NCBI GenBank assembly: GCA_963774075.1
Contig: CAVZDP010000003.1
Location: 408,062 to 472,061, forward strand
Direction of reading: 5' to 3'
Origin: an uncultured Solirubrobacterales bacterium
GTDB lineage: Bacteria; Actinomycetota; Thermoleophilia; Solirubrobacterales; JBBDJG01
DNA: 64,000 nt
Shown here: positions 1 through 8,999 of the stretch, piece after piece
Position numbering within the stretch: position 1 is the first letter of the stretch
How the letters are laid out: each line of letters opens with the position of its first letter
The notes under the pieces: generated by a model
The model's database searches: none
Told to the model about the DNA's origin: nothing
Seen by the model: only the letters and a program-made list of their open reading frames with translations
Program-made: the position numbers and the translations under genes

Positions 1-1482
1 CCGCACTGGCTCAGCCACCTCGCCGTCACGTTCCTGAAGAGCTCTCACGCGGGCGTCGGCGGCCCGAACATCCCACCGCCGGGCGGCGGACGGACCGCTG
101 ACTGCGTCGCGAACGCGCCCGGTGGGCCGACGCACGTGCTGCTGTCGGACCGCGAGGCGGAGCACATCCCCGGCTGCAACATGGCTTTTCGCAAGGCGAG
201 CCTGGACGCGATCGGCGGCTTCGATCCGCAGTTCCGCATCGCCGGCGACGATGTCGACATCTGCTGGCGGCTCCAGGACCAGGGATGGACCGTGGGCTTC
301 AGTGCCGGTGCCGTCGTATGGCACCACCGGCGCAGCCGGATGCGGGCCTATCTCAAGCAGCAGTACGAGTACGGCAGGGCCGAGGCCCTGCTCGAGCGCA
401 AGTGGCCGGAGCGCTACAACCGCGTCGGGCACCTGGCCTGGGCCGGACGCGTCTACGGCAACGGCGCCACCAAGGGCCTCGTCTGGCGCCGTTGGAAGAT
501 CTACTACGGGCGCTGGGGCTCCGGCCTGTTCCAGTCCGTCTACACCCGCTCTCCCGGCGCGCTCGCCTCGATGCCGCTGGTGCCGGAGTGGTACCTGGTG
601 CTCACGGCGCTCGCCCTGCTGTCGGCGCTCGGGGCGCTTTGGGCCCCGCTGCTGGCGGCGCTGCCCCTCTTCGTCGTCGCCGCCGGCGCGCTGGTGGTCG
701 AGTCCGCACTCGGCGCCTCACGAGCTTCTCTTCGAGACTGCCCTCGATCACGGCTGGGGCGAATGCGCATGCGGAGCAAGGTCGCTCTGCTGCACATGCT
801 CCAGCCTCTGGCCCGCCTGTCTGGCAGGCTGCGCTACGGGCTCGCGCCCTGGCGTCGCCGGTCGGCCGTCATGGCCCTGCCCATCATTCGTCTCCACAGC
901 ATTTGGAGCGAGCGCTGGCAGTCGGCGCACGAGCGCCTGCACACGATCGAGACGGAGCTTCGCAGCCATGGCTGCGCCGTGCTCCAAGGTGGGGAATACG
1001 ACCGCTGGGACCTCCAGGTCCGCGGCGGAATGTTGGGGGTGGCCCGAATGCGAATGGCCGTCGAGGAGCATGGTGCGGGCAGGCAGCTCGTCCGCACACG
1101 CTCATGGCCTAAGTACTCGCGCGTCGGGCTGGCGCTCATCGTCTCATTCGCAGCGCTCTCCGCGGGAGCGGCCTTGGCAGGCACGTGGATCGTCTCCGTC
1201 ATACTAGGAGCGATCGCAGTCCTGCTTGCCGTCTCGGCAATGAGGGACTGTGCGACGGCGGCAGGCGTGCTTGCACGCGTGCTCGACGCGCAGCCGCCCG
1301 AGAGCGAGGTAAGGGTGAGGCGAGCGCCAAAGGGACCACTACACGCGACGCCCTCTTGGGCGAGCGTGGGACCGGCTACGACAGGCAATGGGAACGAGAA
1401 CGGGCGCGAAAAAGGCCGCCGGCTCCGCCCCGCTCGACCTGCCATCCGCTCCACAGGTGATCCCCTTCTCCTCCAAGCATGA
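1..1482 (+). CDS. Glycosyltransferase family 2 protein, 5'-truncated by the window edge, with a hydrophobic C-terminal membrane region
   Basis: Frame 1 is open from nt 1. It reads GPNIPPPGG..ANAPGGPTHVLLSDREAEHIPGCNMAFRK..GGFDPQFRIAGDDVDICWRLQDQGW..VVWHHRRS..QQYEYGRAEA, which is the C-terminal catalytic half of a GT-A/GT2 enzyme. Leu/Ala-rich helices follow (WYLVLTALALLSALGALWAPLLAALPLFVVAAGALVV; VGLALIVSFAALSAGAALAGTWIVSVILGAIAVLLAV). The stop overlaps the next start (ATGA at 1479-1482). Confidence 0.8.
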   Translation, partial: PHWLSHLAVTFLKSSHAGVGGPNIPPPGGGRTADCVANAPGGPTHVLLSDREAEHIPGCNMAFRKASLDAIGGFDPQFRIAGDDVDICWRLQDQGWTVGFSAGAVVWHHRRSRMRAYLKQQYEYGRAEALLERKWPERYNRVGHLAWAGRVYGNGATKGLVWRRWKIYYGRWGSGLFQSVYTRSPGALASMPLVPEWYLVLTALALLSALGALWAPLLAALPLFVVAAGALVVESALGASRASLRDCPRSRLGRMRMRSKVALLHMLQPLARLSGRLRYGLAPWRRRSAVMALPIIRLHSIWSERWQSAHERLHTIETELRSHGCAVLQGGEYDRWDLQVRGGMLGVARMRMAVEEHGAGRQLVRTRSWPKYSRVGLALIVSFAALSAGAALAGTWIVSVILGAIAVLLAVSAMRDCATAAGVLARVLDAQPPESEVRVRRAPKGPLHATPSWASVGPATTGNGNENGREKGRRLRPARPAIRSTGDPLLLQA

Positions 1483-3995
1483 CTGAGGGCGGCTTCTCCC
1501 AGATCGACCCCTACGGGGGCGGGCAGTCGATTGACCCCTACGGGGGTCACGACCCCGAGTCCCCGAACGGCACTCAGACGAACGTTCCCATTCCCGACCC
1601 GGGAGGGAAAAGCTGGCGCACGTGGCGCATCAAGGGCGCCTTCGACCAGTGGAGCACGCTGCCCCGCGTGCTGCCGTACCTGAAGCCGTACAAGAAGCTT
1701 TACTTGGTGGTCTTCCTGACCATCATGGTGGCGTCCCTGGTCGCGCTCGCGGAGCCGTGGCCGTTCGCCCTGATCCTGGACAGCGTGCTCGCCGACCACC
1801 CTCCGGGACTCGGCCTCAGCGGCATCTTCGGCGACAACCCCAACCCCTACACGCTGCTCGTCTTCATCGTGGTCGGGGGCTTCCTGATCACGATCATCGG
1901 GCACAGCATCGAGGTGGTGAACAACTACGCGAGCGCGCGGCTGGAGCAAAACATGGTGCTCGACCTGCGCAGCAAGCTCTTCCAGCACTGCCAGCGGCTG
2001 TCGCTGACGTTCCACGACGACCGCTACACCGGACAGCTGATGAGCATCATCAACCTGCAGGCGAGTGCCGTCGGGTCGGTGATCATGGCGTTCCCGCCGA
2101 TCGTCCAAAACGCCCTGACACTGGTCGGCATGCTCGTGATCGCGCTGCTGATCTCCTGGCAGGTGACCCTGATCTCGTTGGTGGTCGTGCCGCTGATCTA
2201 CTACGCGAGCGGACTCTACGGGACGCGCATCGTGCCCCGTATCCAGCAGGTGATGAGCCTCGAGTGGCGCTCGCTCTCGATCGTGTTCGAGGCCATGTCG
2301 ATGCTGCGCGTGATCGTCTCCTTCGGACGCGAGAAGTACGAGCACCGCCGGTTCCGCGACCAGGCCAAGACCGCCGTCGACGCCCGGGTGAAGCTCACGG
2401 TCAGCCAGACCTTCTTCACGCTCGGCGTGACGGCCGCGACCGCGTTCGGCACCGCCCTGGTGCTCGGCTTCGGAACCTGGTACGTCCTGCGCGGCAACAT
2501 CACCGTCGGTGAGCTGGTCGTCCTGATCTCGTACATCACCGCCGTCTACCAGCCCATGGAGCAGATCGGGACCCAGATCGGGCACCTGCATCAGCAGTTC
2601 GTGTTCGTGAATGCCGCCCTCATGCTCCTGGACGACGTCCCAGAGGTCTCGGACGCACCCGACGCTCAGTCCATCGCGCGCGCGCAGGGAGGACTCACCT
2701 TCGAGAACGTCAGCTTCGCGTACGAGGGCCGCGTGGACACACTCAAGGGCATCTCATTCGACGTTAAACCCGGAGAGCGCGTCGCGATCGTAGGCCCGAC
2801 CGGAGCCGGCAAGACGACGCTGATCAACCTGCTCGTTCGCTTCTACGAGTTCGGGGAAGGCAAGATCCTGATCGACGACAGGGACATCAGGAAGGTGAAG
2901 CTGGAGTCGGTGCGGCAGAACGTCAGCCTGGTGATGCAGCAGCCGATGCTGTTCTCCGGCACCATCGCCGAGAACATCCGCTACGGGCGCCTCGATGCGA
3001 CGATGGACGAGATCGTCGAGGCGGCGAAGTCGGCCAACGCGCACGAGTTCATCTTGGGCCTCCCCGACGGATACGAGACTTCGCTCGGCGAAGGGGGCAT
3101 GCAGCTCTCCGGCGGCGAGCGCCAGCGCCTGTGCGTGGCGCGGGCTTTCATCAAGGACGCGCCGATCCTCGTCCTCGACGAGCCGACTTCCTCAATCGAC
3201 TCGAAGACCGAGAACGTCATCCTCGAGGCGCTGGACGACCTGATGGTCGGGCGTACGTCTTTCATGATCGCCCACCGCCTCTCCACCATCCACGACGCAG
3301 ACAGGATCCTGGTCATGAATCACGGCGAGCTGGTCGAGCAGGGCTCGCACGACGAGCTGCTGGCACGCGGCGGGCTGTACTCCCAGCTCCACACGGCACA
3401 GACGCGGCACAAGGCGCGGCGAGGCGCTGCCGTGCCCGCCGGCATTCCAGGCCCGGAGACCTCCGCGCCGCCCGTCGCGGCTCCTACCGGGCCCCCCGCC
3501 GGTCCTCCCGTCTCTCCCCAGGTCGAACCTCTCCCCGGCCCGCCCGCCGAGCCGGTGGAGGAGCCTCCGCTCGCACCGACTCCAACGCCGCCCGTGCGCG
3601 AGCGCGTCGCGGCCGCGGTCGCCGAGGCACACAGAGCGCCGCCGCCCGACGACGCCGACGGCCCTCCCCCGCGCGAGCCCAACGGCGTGCCGCCCAAGCG
3701 GCCCAACGGGCCCCCGCCTCGCAAGGTGAAAATCAGCAACGGGGTGCGCCACACGCTTCATTGCGATGTCTGCGGGCGCACCTTGCTCAAAGGCGAGATC
3801 GCCGAGCCGTTCGCGGCGCCGCCCTCGGGGCGGAGGAAGCCGGAGCCGGGGCTCGACACCGAGTTCGATGGACCCTTCCTGACCGACTTTCGCAGGATGG
3901 GTCAGACAGAGCGCAAGCTGGTATGCGAGCTGTGCTGGCCACACGCCGAGGAGCAGGGCTGGACGCCGCTTCCGATGCTGGGAGGCCCGTCCTAG
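1479..3995 (+). CDS. ABC exporter, fused permease plus ATPase (ABCB/MsbA-like), with a ~200-aa Pro-rich and CxxC...CxxC C-terminal extension
   Basis: 838-aa ORF with a TM region (LYLVVFLTIMVASLVALAEPWPFALIL etc.). ATPase motifs are Walker A GPTGAGKTT, signature LSGGERQR, Walker B ILVLDEPTSSID and H-loop MIAHRLST. After ~nt 3400 comes a proline-rich linker, then HCDVCGRTLL...VCELCWPH. Confidence 0.9.
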   Translation: MTEGGFSQIDPYGGGQSIDPYGGHDPESPNGTQTNVPIPDPGGKSWRTWRIKGAFDQWSTLPRVLPYLKPYKKLYLVVFLTIMVASLVALAEPWPFALILDSVLADHPPGLGLSGIFGDNPNPYTLLVFIVVGGFLITIIGHSIEVVNNYASARLEQNMVLDLRSKLFQHCQRLSLTFHDDRYTGQLMSIINLQASAVGSVIMAFPPIVQNALTLVGMLVIALLISWQVTLISLVVVPLIYYASGLYGTRIVPRIQQVMSLEWRSLSIVFEAMSMLRVIVSFGREKYEHRRFRDQAKTAVDARVKLTVSQTFFTLGVTAATAFGTALVLGFGTWYVLRGNITVGELVVLISYITAVYQPMEQIGTQIGHLHQQFVFVNAALMLLDDVPEVSDAPDAQSIARAQGGLTFENVSFAYEGRVDTLKGISFDVKPGERVAIVGPTGAGKTTLINLLVRFYEFGEGKILIDDRDIRKVKLESVRQNVSLVMQQPMLFSGTIAENIRYGRLDATMDEIVEAAKSANAHEFILGLPDGYETSLGEGGMQLSGGERQRLCVARAFIKDAPILVLDEPTSSIDSKTENVILEALDDLMVGRTSFMIAHRLSTIHDADRILVMNHGELVEQGSHDELLARGGLYSQLHTAQTRHKARRGAAVPAGIPGPETSAPPVAAPTGPPAGPPVSPQVEPLPGPPAEPVEEPPLAPTPTPPVRERVAAAVAEAHRAPPPDDADGPPPREPNGVPPKRPNGPPPRKVKISNGVRHTLHCDVCGRTLLKGEIAEPFAAPPSGRRKPEPGLDTEFDGPFLTDFRRMGQTERKLVCELCWPHAEEQGWTPLPMLGGPS

Positions 3996-4102
3996 TGCTG
4001 TTGCCCCGCAGCGGCCGTTTCACTCTTCCCCGGCACTGAGGGGACCTCCTAGACTTTGAGGTCAAAGGCCACGACGCCCGTGCCTTCGCACCCGGGCCGG
4101 CC

Positions 4103-6601
4103 GTGCCACGCAACGAGGAGCACACCTTGAGACCCGGAGCCGGGAAGAAGATCGTTCTGCTCGGAATGATGACGCGGATCCCGGTTGCGGGCGTGGTCTG
4201 GCAGACCGTCCACTACCTGATCGGGCTCCGGCGACTCGGCTACGAGGTCTACTACGTGGAGACCCACGCCCGCACGCCCTCGATGCTGATGAAGCGCGAG
4301 GAGGACGACAGCTCCGCCGAGGCGGCCGCCTTCATCGACAAGGTGATGCGGCAGTTCGACATGAAGGACCACTGGGCGTTCATCGGCCTCCATGACGACG
4401 GGCGCTGCTACGGCCTCAGCGAGGAGCGGCTGCGCAAGCTGTATACGTCGGCCGCGCTGCTTCTCAACCTCCACGGCGGTACCGAGCCGCGACCGGAGCT
4501 CTACGCCACCGACCGACTCGTCTACCTGGAGACCGACCCGGTCCAGCTCCAGGTCGAGTTGAGCCAGAACGTGCAGGCGACCCTCGACTTCCTCGAGCCT
4601 CATTGCGCGTTCTTCACCTACGCCGAGAACTCCGGTAACCCGGACTGCGGGCTTCCCGTCCAAGACCGGTTCCCCCTGCTTCCGACGCGCCAACCGGTCG
4701 TTTTGGACTTCTGGCGCGACCGCCCTTCGGGGCCGCTCGAGCGGTTCACGACCATCGGCAACTGGCGCCAACCATGGCGTGACGTCGTCTTCCAGGGCGA
4801 GCGCTACAGCTGGAGCAAGCACCACGAGTTCCTCAAGTTCCTCGACCTTCCGGGCCGCACCGCGCAGCCCTTCGAGCTGGCGCTCTCGAGCTACGAGCCC
4901 GAGGACAAGGCCATGCTCGAGGAGAAAGGCTGGCGGGTGACGCACGCCCTCGACGTCTCGACCGACACCGATCCCTACCGCGACTACATCGTCTCGTCGC
5001 GCGGCGAATTCTCGGTCGCAAAGGACCAGAACGTGCGCCTTCGCACCGGTTGGTTCAGCGACCGCAGCGCGACCTACCTGGCCGCCGGCCGGCCGGTCGT
5101 CTGTCAGGACACCGGGTTCACGAACGTGCTGCCCTCCGGGGAGGGCTTGTTCGGTTTCTCGGACCTGGAGCAGATCGTTTCCGCGATCGAGGAGATCAAC
5201 GGCGACTACGACCGGCATTCTCGTGCCGCAACGAGAGTCGCGGAGGAGTGGTTCGACTCGAGCGTCGTGCTCGGCAAGCTGCTCGACGACGTCGGGCTCG
5301 AGCGCTCGAGGCTGCGCGCGAGGCCGCGGCTCGAGCGGCTGCGGTCGCTGTTTCCCGCCGGGATGGAGCTGACTCCCACCTCGCGCCGGCCCACCGAGCT
5401 CCCGGAAGGGACCGCGAGGGCCGTCCTCGAGCGCCCGGTCGAGAGCTTCGAGCCCGTGGCGAGGCGCGGGCCGCCCCTGGCGAGCGTCGTCGTGGTGACC
5501 CACGACAACCTCGCCTTCACGCGCATGGCCCTCGAGAGCGTGCTGGCCGACCGCGCCGGCGCGGCCTACGAGCTCGTGATCGTGGACAACGCCTCGAGCG
5601 ACGGCACGCGCGACTACCTGCGCGAGCTGGCGGAACGCAACGACGCCGTCAGGCTGGTGCTCAACGAGGTCAACGCCGGCTTCGCGCGTGCCTGCAACCA
5701 GGGCCTGGCGGTCGCGTCGGGAAAGCTGCTCGTGCTGCTGAACAACGACACGATCGTGGCGCCGGCGTGGCTGACACGGCTGGCCGGCTGGCTGGGCGAC
5801 CCCGAGATAGGGCTCGTCGGGCCGGTCACCAACCGGATCGGCAACGAGGCGGAGATCGAGGTCTCATACGAGACCTGGGAAGGCTTCCTCGAGGCCGCGA
5901 ACGCCCGGGGGCGCGACCGCGACGGCGAGAGCTTCGACCTCCCAACCGCGACGATGTTCTGCCTGGCGATGAGACGGGACGCCAACGAGCGGATCGGGCC
6001 GCTAGATCAGCGGTTCGAGGTGGGAATGGTGGAAGACGACGACTACTCGCGGCGCGCCCACGCGGCTGGCTACCGGGTGGTGTGCGCGGAGGACGTGCTC
6101 GTGCACCATTTCGGTGAGAGCTCGTTCGGCAAGCTCGTCCCCACCGGCGAGTACGGCCGCCTGCTGGAGGAGAACAAGCGCCGCTTCGAGGAGAAGTGGG
6201 GAGAGCCGTGGCAACCCTACGGGAGGGGCGAGAAGCCCGACTACGCCGACCTGACGCGGCGGATCCGATCAGTGGTGGCGCAGGCACTGCCGCCGAGCGC
6301 GACCGTGCTCGTCGTGAGCAAGGGGGACGACGAACTACTGAAGTTCGGCGGCCAGCCGGCCCGTCACTTTCCGAGCGCACCGGATGGCACCTGGGCCGGC
6401 CATCATCCGGCGGACAGCCGGGAGGCCGTGGCGCTGCTGGAGGAGATGCGACAGCAGGGCGGCGAGTTCGTGCTCTTCCCGAAGACGGTGCTCTGGTGGC
6501 TCGACTACTACGAGGGTCTTCGGGAGCATCTCGAGGCACGGTACGAGTCGGTGTACAGCGACAAAGAGACGTGCGTGATCTTCGCCCTCAACGGGCGCTA
6601 G
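4103..6601 (+). CDS. Three-domain fusion: ~380-aa GT-B-like module, then a GT2 catalytic domain, then the C-terminal ~95-aa WWLD domain
   Basis: The N-terminal part aligns with the ORFs at 39332, 53637 and 55586 (VVWQTVHYLIGLRRLGYEV.. TGWFSDRSATYLAAGRPVVCQDTGF). The middle part is GT2 (SVVVVTHDNLAFT..VIVDNASSDGT..NAGFARACNQG..LLNNDTIV..EDDDYSRR). The tail is VLVVSKGDDELLKF..HFPSAPDGTWAGHHPAD..VLWWLDYYEGLREHLEARY..CVIFAL. The start is uncertain: GTG 4103, or TTG 4127, which has GAGGAG 7 nt upstream. Confidence 0.85.
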   Translation: MPRNEEHTLRPGAGKKIVLLGMMTRIPVAGVVWQTVHYLIGLRRLGYEVYYVETHARTPSMLMKREEDDSSAEAAAFIDKVMRQFDMKDHWAFIGLHDDGRCYGLSEERLRKLYTSAALLLNLHGGTEPRPELYATDRLVYLETDPVQLQVELSQNVQATLDFLEPHCAFFTYAENSGNPDCGLPVQDRFPLLPTRQPVVLDFWRDRPSGPLERFTTIGNWRQPWRDVVFQGERYSWSKHHEFLKFLDLPGRTAQPFELALSSYEPEDKAMLEEKGWRVTHALDVSTDTDPYRDYIVSSRGEFSVAKDQNVRLRTGWFSDRSATYLAAGRPVVCQDTGFTNVLPSGEGLFGFSDLEQIVSAIEEINGDYDRHSRAATRVAEEWFDSSVVLGKLLDDVGLERSRLRARPRLERLRSLFPAGMELTPTSRRPTELPEGTARAVLERPVESFEPVARRGPPLASVVVVTHDNLAFTRMALESVLADRAGAAYELVIVDNASSDGTRDYLRELAERNDAVRLVLNEVNAGFARACNQGLAVASGKLLVLLNNDTIVAPAWLTRLAGWLGDPEIGLVGPVTNRIGNEAEIEVSYETWEGFLEAANARGRDRDGESFDLPTATMFCLAMRRDANERIGPLDQRFEVGMVEDDDYSRRAHAAGYRVVCAEDVLVHHFGESSFGKLVPTGEYGRLLEENKRRFEEKWGEPWQPYGRGEKPDYADLTRRIRSVVAQALPPSATVLVVSKGDDELLKFGGQPARHFPSAPDGTWAGHHPADSREAVALLEEMRQQGGEFVLFPKTVLWWLDYYEGLREHLEARYESVYSDKETCVIFALNGR

Positions 6602-6608
6602 ACAGTAG

Positions 6609-8141
6609 ATGAGCGCCTCGTGCTCGATCGTCATTCCGGCCCACAACCGCGCGGGGCTGACGCGGCAGTGCGTCGACGCGATCCTGGCCGAAGCTCCGGA
6701 AACGCCCTTCGAGGTCGTCGTGGTGGACGACGCCTCGACGGACTCCACCGCCCGCCTGCTCGAGAGCTACGGCGACCGCATTCGGGCGGTCACGCTGTCG
6801 CCCAACGCGGGCTTCGCCACCGCGTGCAACGAGGGGGCGGCGGCAGCCACCGCGGAGAACCTCGTGTTCCTCAACAACGACACGATCCCGAAGCCGGGCT
6901 GGCTGGACGCGCTCGCCGCCCATGCCGCCTCTCGTCCGAACGCCGCCGTCGTTGGAGCGAAGCTCTTGTTCCCCGACGACTCGATCCAGCACGCCGGCGT
7001 GGTCGTCTGCCAGGACTGGAATCCGCGCCACCTCTACGCCGGCTTTCCCTCGGATCATCCGGCCGTGAACAGGTCGCGCGAGTTCCAGGCCGTCACGGCG
7101 GCCTGTGCGCTGGTGCGGCGCTCCAGCTTCGAGGAGGTCGGCGGCTTCGATCCGGCCTTCCACAACTGCCTCGAGGACACGGACCTCTGCCTGCGTCTCC
7201 GCGAGCGGGGCCACGAGGTCCACTACTGCCACGAGAGCGTGCTCTACCACCTGGAGTCGATCTCGCGCGGGCGACGCTCGAAAGACGTGGAGCGCAACGC
7301 GAAGCTCTTCCGGGATCGCTGGCAGGGCCGGGTGAAGCGCGACGACCTCGACTACTACCTCGCCGACGGACTGCTCAGGATCCGGTATCGCGACAGCTAT
7401 CCGATCGGACTCGAGGTCTCCGCGGAGCTCGCGTTCCTGGTCGGCGACGAACACGCCTCCGAGCGCCTGCTCGACGCCCAGTCGAGGCACGTCACGGATC
7501 TGTTGCGCGAGACGGTGCGGCTGAGCGCTCACGTCGCCGATCTCGAGCTTCCCGGCGCTGCGCGTCCGCCGAGGGAGCAGCCGGCTCCCGCGCCGGTGGT
7601 CTCGGGCGGCACTTTCGATCGCGAACAGCTCCTTCGCCGCGCCGAGCAGATCGAGATCGAGATCTACGAGCTGCAGGCCGGGCTCGCGGCCGCAGCCGAG
7701 GACGGCCGAGGGCGCGGCGGCGACCGCCCATCCTTCGAGCCGAGCGAGCAGCTCGGCTACCGCAAGCTCGTCACGGAGGTGCGCCGCAAGGCGGTCGGCA
7801 TCCTCCCGGCCGGCGCCACCGTGCTCGTTGCGAGTCGCGGGGACGACGACCTGCTGGCGCTCGACGGCCTGCGTGGGTGGCACTTCCCGCAGGACGAGGA
7901 TGGAATCTATGCCGGGCACTATCCGGCCGACGGGGACGCCGCGGTCGCCCATCTGGAAGAGCTGCGCGAGCGCGGGGCGCAGTACCTGCTCCTTCCCGCC
8001 ACGTCGCTGTGGTGGCTCGATCGCTACCCGGAGCTCGGCGCCCACCTGCGCGAGCGACACCGCGTCGCCCTCGAGGACGAGAGCTGCACTGTCTTCGACC
8101 TCCGCGCGCGGGGGAAGAGCCAGGATGCGACTCGCGGCTGA
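6609..8141 (+). CDS. GT2 glycosyltransferase with a central helical linker and the C-terminal WWLD domain
   Basis: GT2 motifs are CSIVIPAHNRAGLT..VVVVDDASTDST..NAGFATACNEG..FLNNDTIP..LEDTDLCLRLRERG. The C-terminus is VLVASRGDDDLLALDG..HFPQDEDGIYAGHYPADGD..SLWWLDRYPELGAHLRERH..CTVFDL. Confidence 0.85.
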   Translation: MSASCSIVIPAHNRAGLTRQCVDAILAEAPETPFEVVVVDDASTDSTARLLESYGDRIRAVTLSPNAGFATACNEGAAAATAENLVFLNNDTIPKPGWLDALAAHAASRPNAAVVGAKLLFPDDSIQHAGVVVCQDWNPRHLYAGFPSDHPAVNRSREFQAVTAACALVRRSSFEEVGGFDPAFHNCLEDTDLCLRLRERGHEVHYCHESVLYHLESISRGRRSKDVERNAKLFRDRWQGRVKRDDLDYYLADGLLRIRYRDSYPIGLEVSAELAFLVGDEHASERLLDAQSRHVTDLLRETVRLSAHVADLELPGAARPPREQPAPAPVVSGGTFDREQLLRRAEQIEIEIYELQAGLAAAAEDGRGRGGDRPSFEPSEQLGYRKLVTEVRRKAVGILPAGATVLVASRGDDDLLALDGLRGWHFPQDEDGIYAGHYPADGDAAVAHLEELRERGAQYLLLPATSLWWLDRYPELGAHLRERHRVALEDESCTVFDLRARGKSQDATRG

Positions 8142-8874
8142 CACGGTCGAGCCGCTTCCCCCTCCGCTCACCCGCGACCTGATCGCACAGCTCGGGTTGC
8201 GCGGGTTGAGCTGCGGGTGCGGCACCCTCCTGCACGAGGGATGGCTCAACACGGACGTGGCCCGCTTCGCCACCGCCGACGGAGCATCAACCGCCCCGGG
8301 GCGCATCGCACTCGTCAACGGCTGCCACTACCTGGAGCACGACGCGACCACACCGTTCCCGGTCGACGACAAGACATTCGACTGGGTTCATTCGGAGCAT
8401 TTCATCGAGCACATCACCCCGGCGGAGGCGATCGATTGGCTGGCCGAGATGAGGCGGCTGCTGAAGCCGGGAGGACACCTCCGCCTGAGCACCCCGGACC
8501 TGCGCAGGTACGCCGAGGGATACCTCGACGAGGGCGGCACGTTCTTCGCCGAGCACCGGCGCCAGCTGAACCTGATGCTGGCTCGCCTGCTCCGTACCCG
8601 CCCGCGCTCGTTGCGGGCATACCTCCCGGGCGAGGACGACATCCCCGATCGGCGAGCCTTCATCTTCAACCAGATCTTCCTGCTGCCGACCTGGGGGCAC
8701 AAGTGGATCTACGACCTCGACGAGCTGCGGCATGCCGCGAGGCGCGCGGGCTTCTCCGGCGACGCTGTCGTGGAGCGCGCCTTTGGGGAGGGGACCGACC
8801 CCGTCGTCGTCGCCCTCGACGCCCCGGCCCACCTCGACGAGAGCCTCTACGCCGAGATCCATAGCGAGCGGTAG
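8125..8874 (+). CDS. Class I SAM-dependent methyltransferase, paralog of 43643-44413
   Basis: An in-frame ATG at 8125 gives MRLAADTVEPLPPP..LRGLSCGCGTLLHEGWLNTD..FDWVHSEHFIEHITPAEAIDWLAEMRRLLKPGGHLRLSTPD..WGHKWIYD. The longer track ORF from 7828 overlaps the upstream gene in another frame. It aligns end to end with the ORF at 43643. Confidence 0.8.
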   Translation: MRLAADTVEPLPPPLTRDLIAQLGLRGLSCGCGTLLHEGWLNTDVARFATADGASTAPGRIALVNGCHYLEHDATTPFPVDDKTFDWVHSEHFIEHITPAEAIDWLAEMRRLLKPGGHLRLSTPDLRRYAEGYLDEGGTFFAEHRRQLNLMLARLLRTRPRSLRAYLPGEDDIPDRRAFIFNQIFLLPTWGHKWIYDLDELRHAARRAGFSGDAVVERAFGEGTDPVVVALDAPAHLDESLYAEIHSER

Positions 8875-8999
8875 CTCCGCCCTTTACCCGAGCCCAAGCG
8901 GAATCGGGGGGCCTCGCCTATGGCGGCCGTTGCCACATCTCCGGTATGCTCGCTTTGTCTAATCTGTGGATTCTCCGGACCAGGGAGTGGTGACGCTTA

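Noticed and set aside
834-2591. 585-aa minus-strand ORF. Similar long antisense or off-frame ORFs include 4049-5503(-), 6588-8318(-), 8997-9998(-), 11637-12839(-), 19077-20441(+), 22820-24499(-), 24279-25628(-), 29617-30981(-), 33027-34634(-), 35714-36823(-), 36995-38035(-), 37848-39473(-), 39293-40522(-), 40946-42520(-), 48451-50142(+), 49649-51211(-), 52358-54499(+), 55487-56662(-), 59069-60505(-) and 60574-62691(+).
   Set aside because: They lie opposite, or out of frame with, ORFs that carry clear enzyme motifs. Their translations are Arg/Gly/Ala/Pro/Asp-rich low-complexity text with no recognisable motifs. This is typical shadow-ORF behaviour of ~70% GC DNA, where stop codons are rare in every frame.
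8875-8999. Promoter for the secreted dehydrogenase-like gene (TTGCCA at 8930-8935, TATGCT at 8945-8950, TCTAAT at 8958-8963).
   Set aside because: The spacings between the -35-like and -10-like hexamers are 9 or 22 nt, not 16-19, so there is no consistent sigma-70-type pair. Only the GGAG at 8984-8987 upstream of the GTG start is credible.
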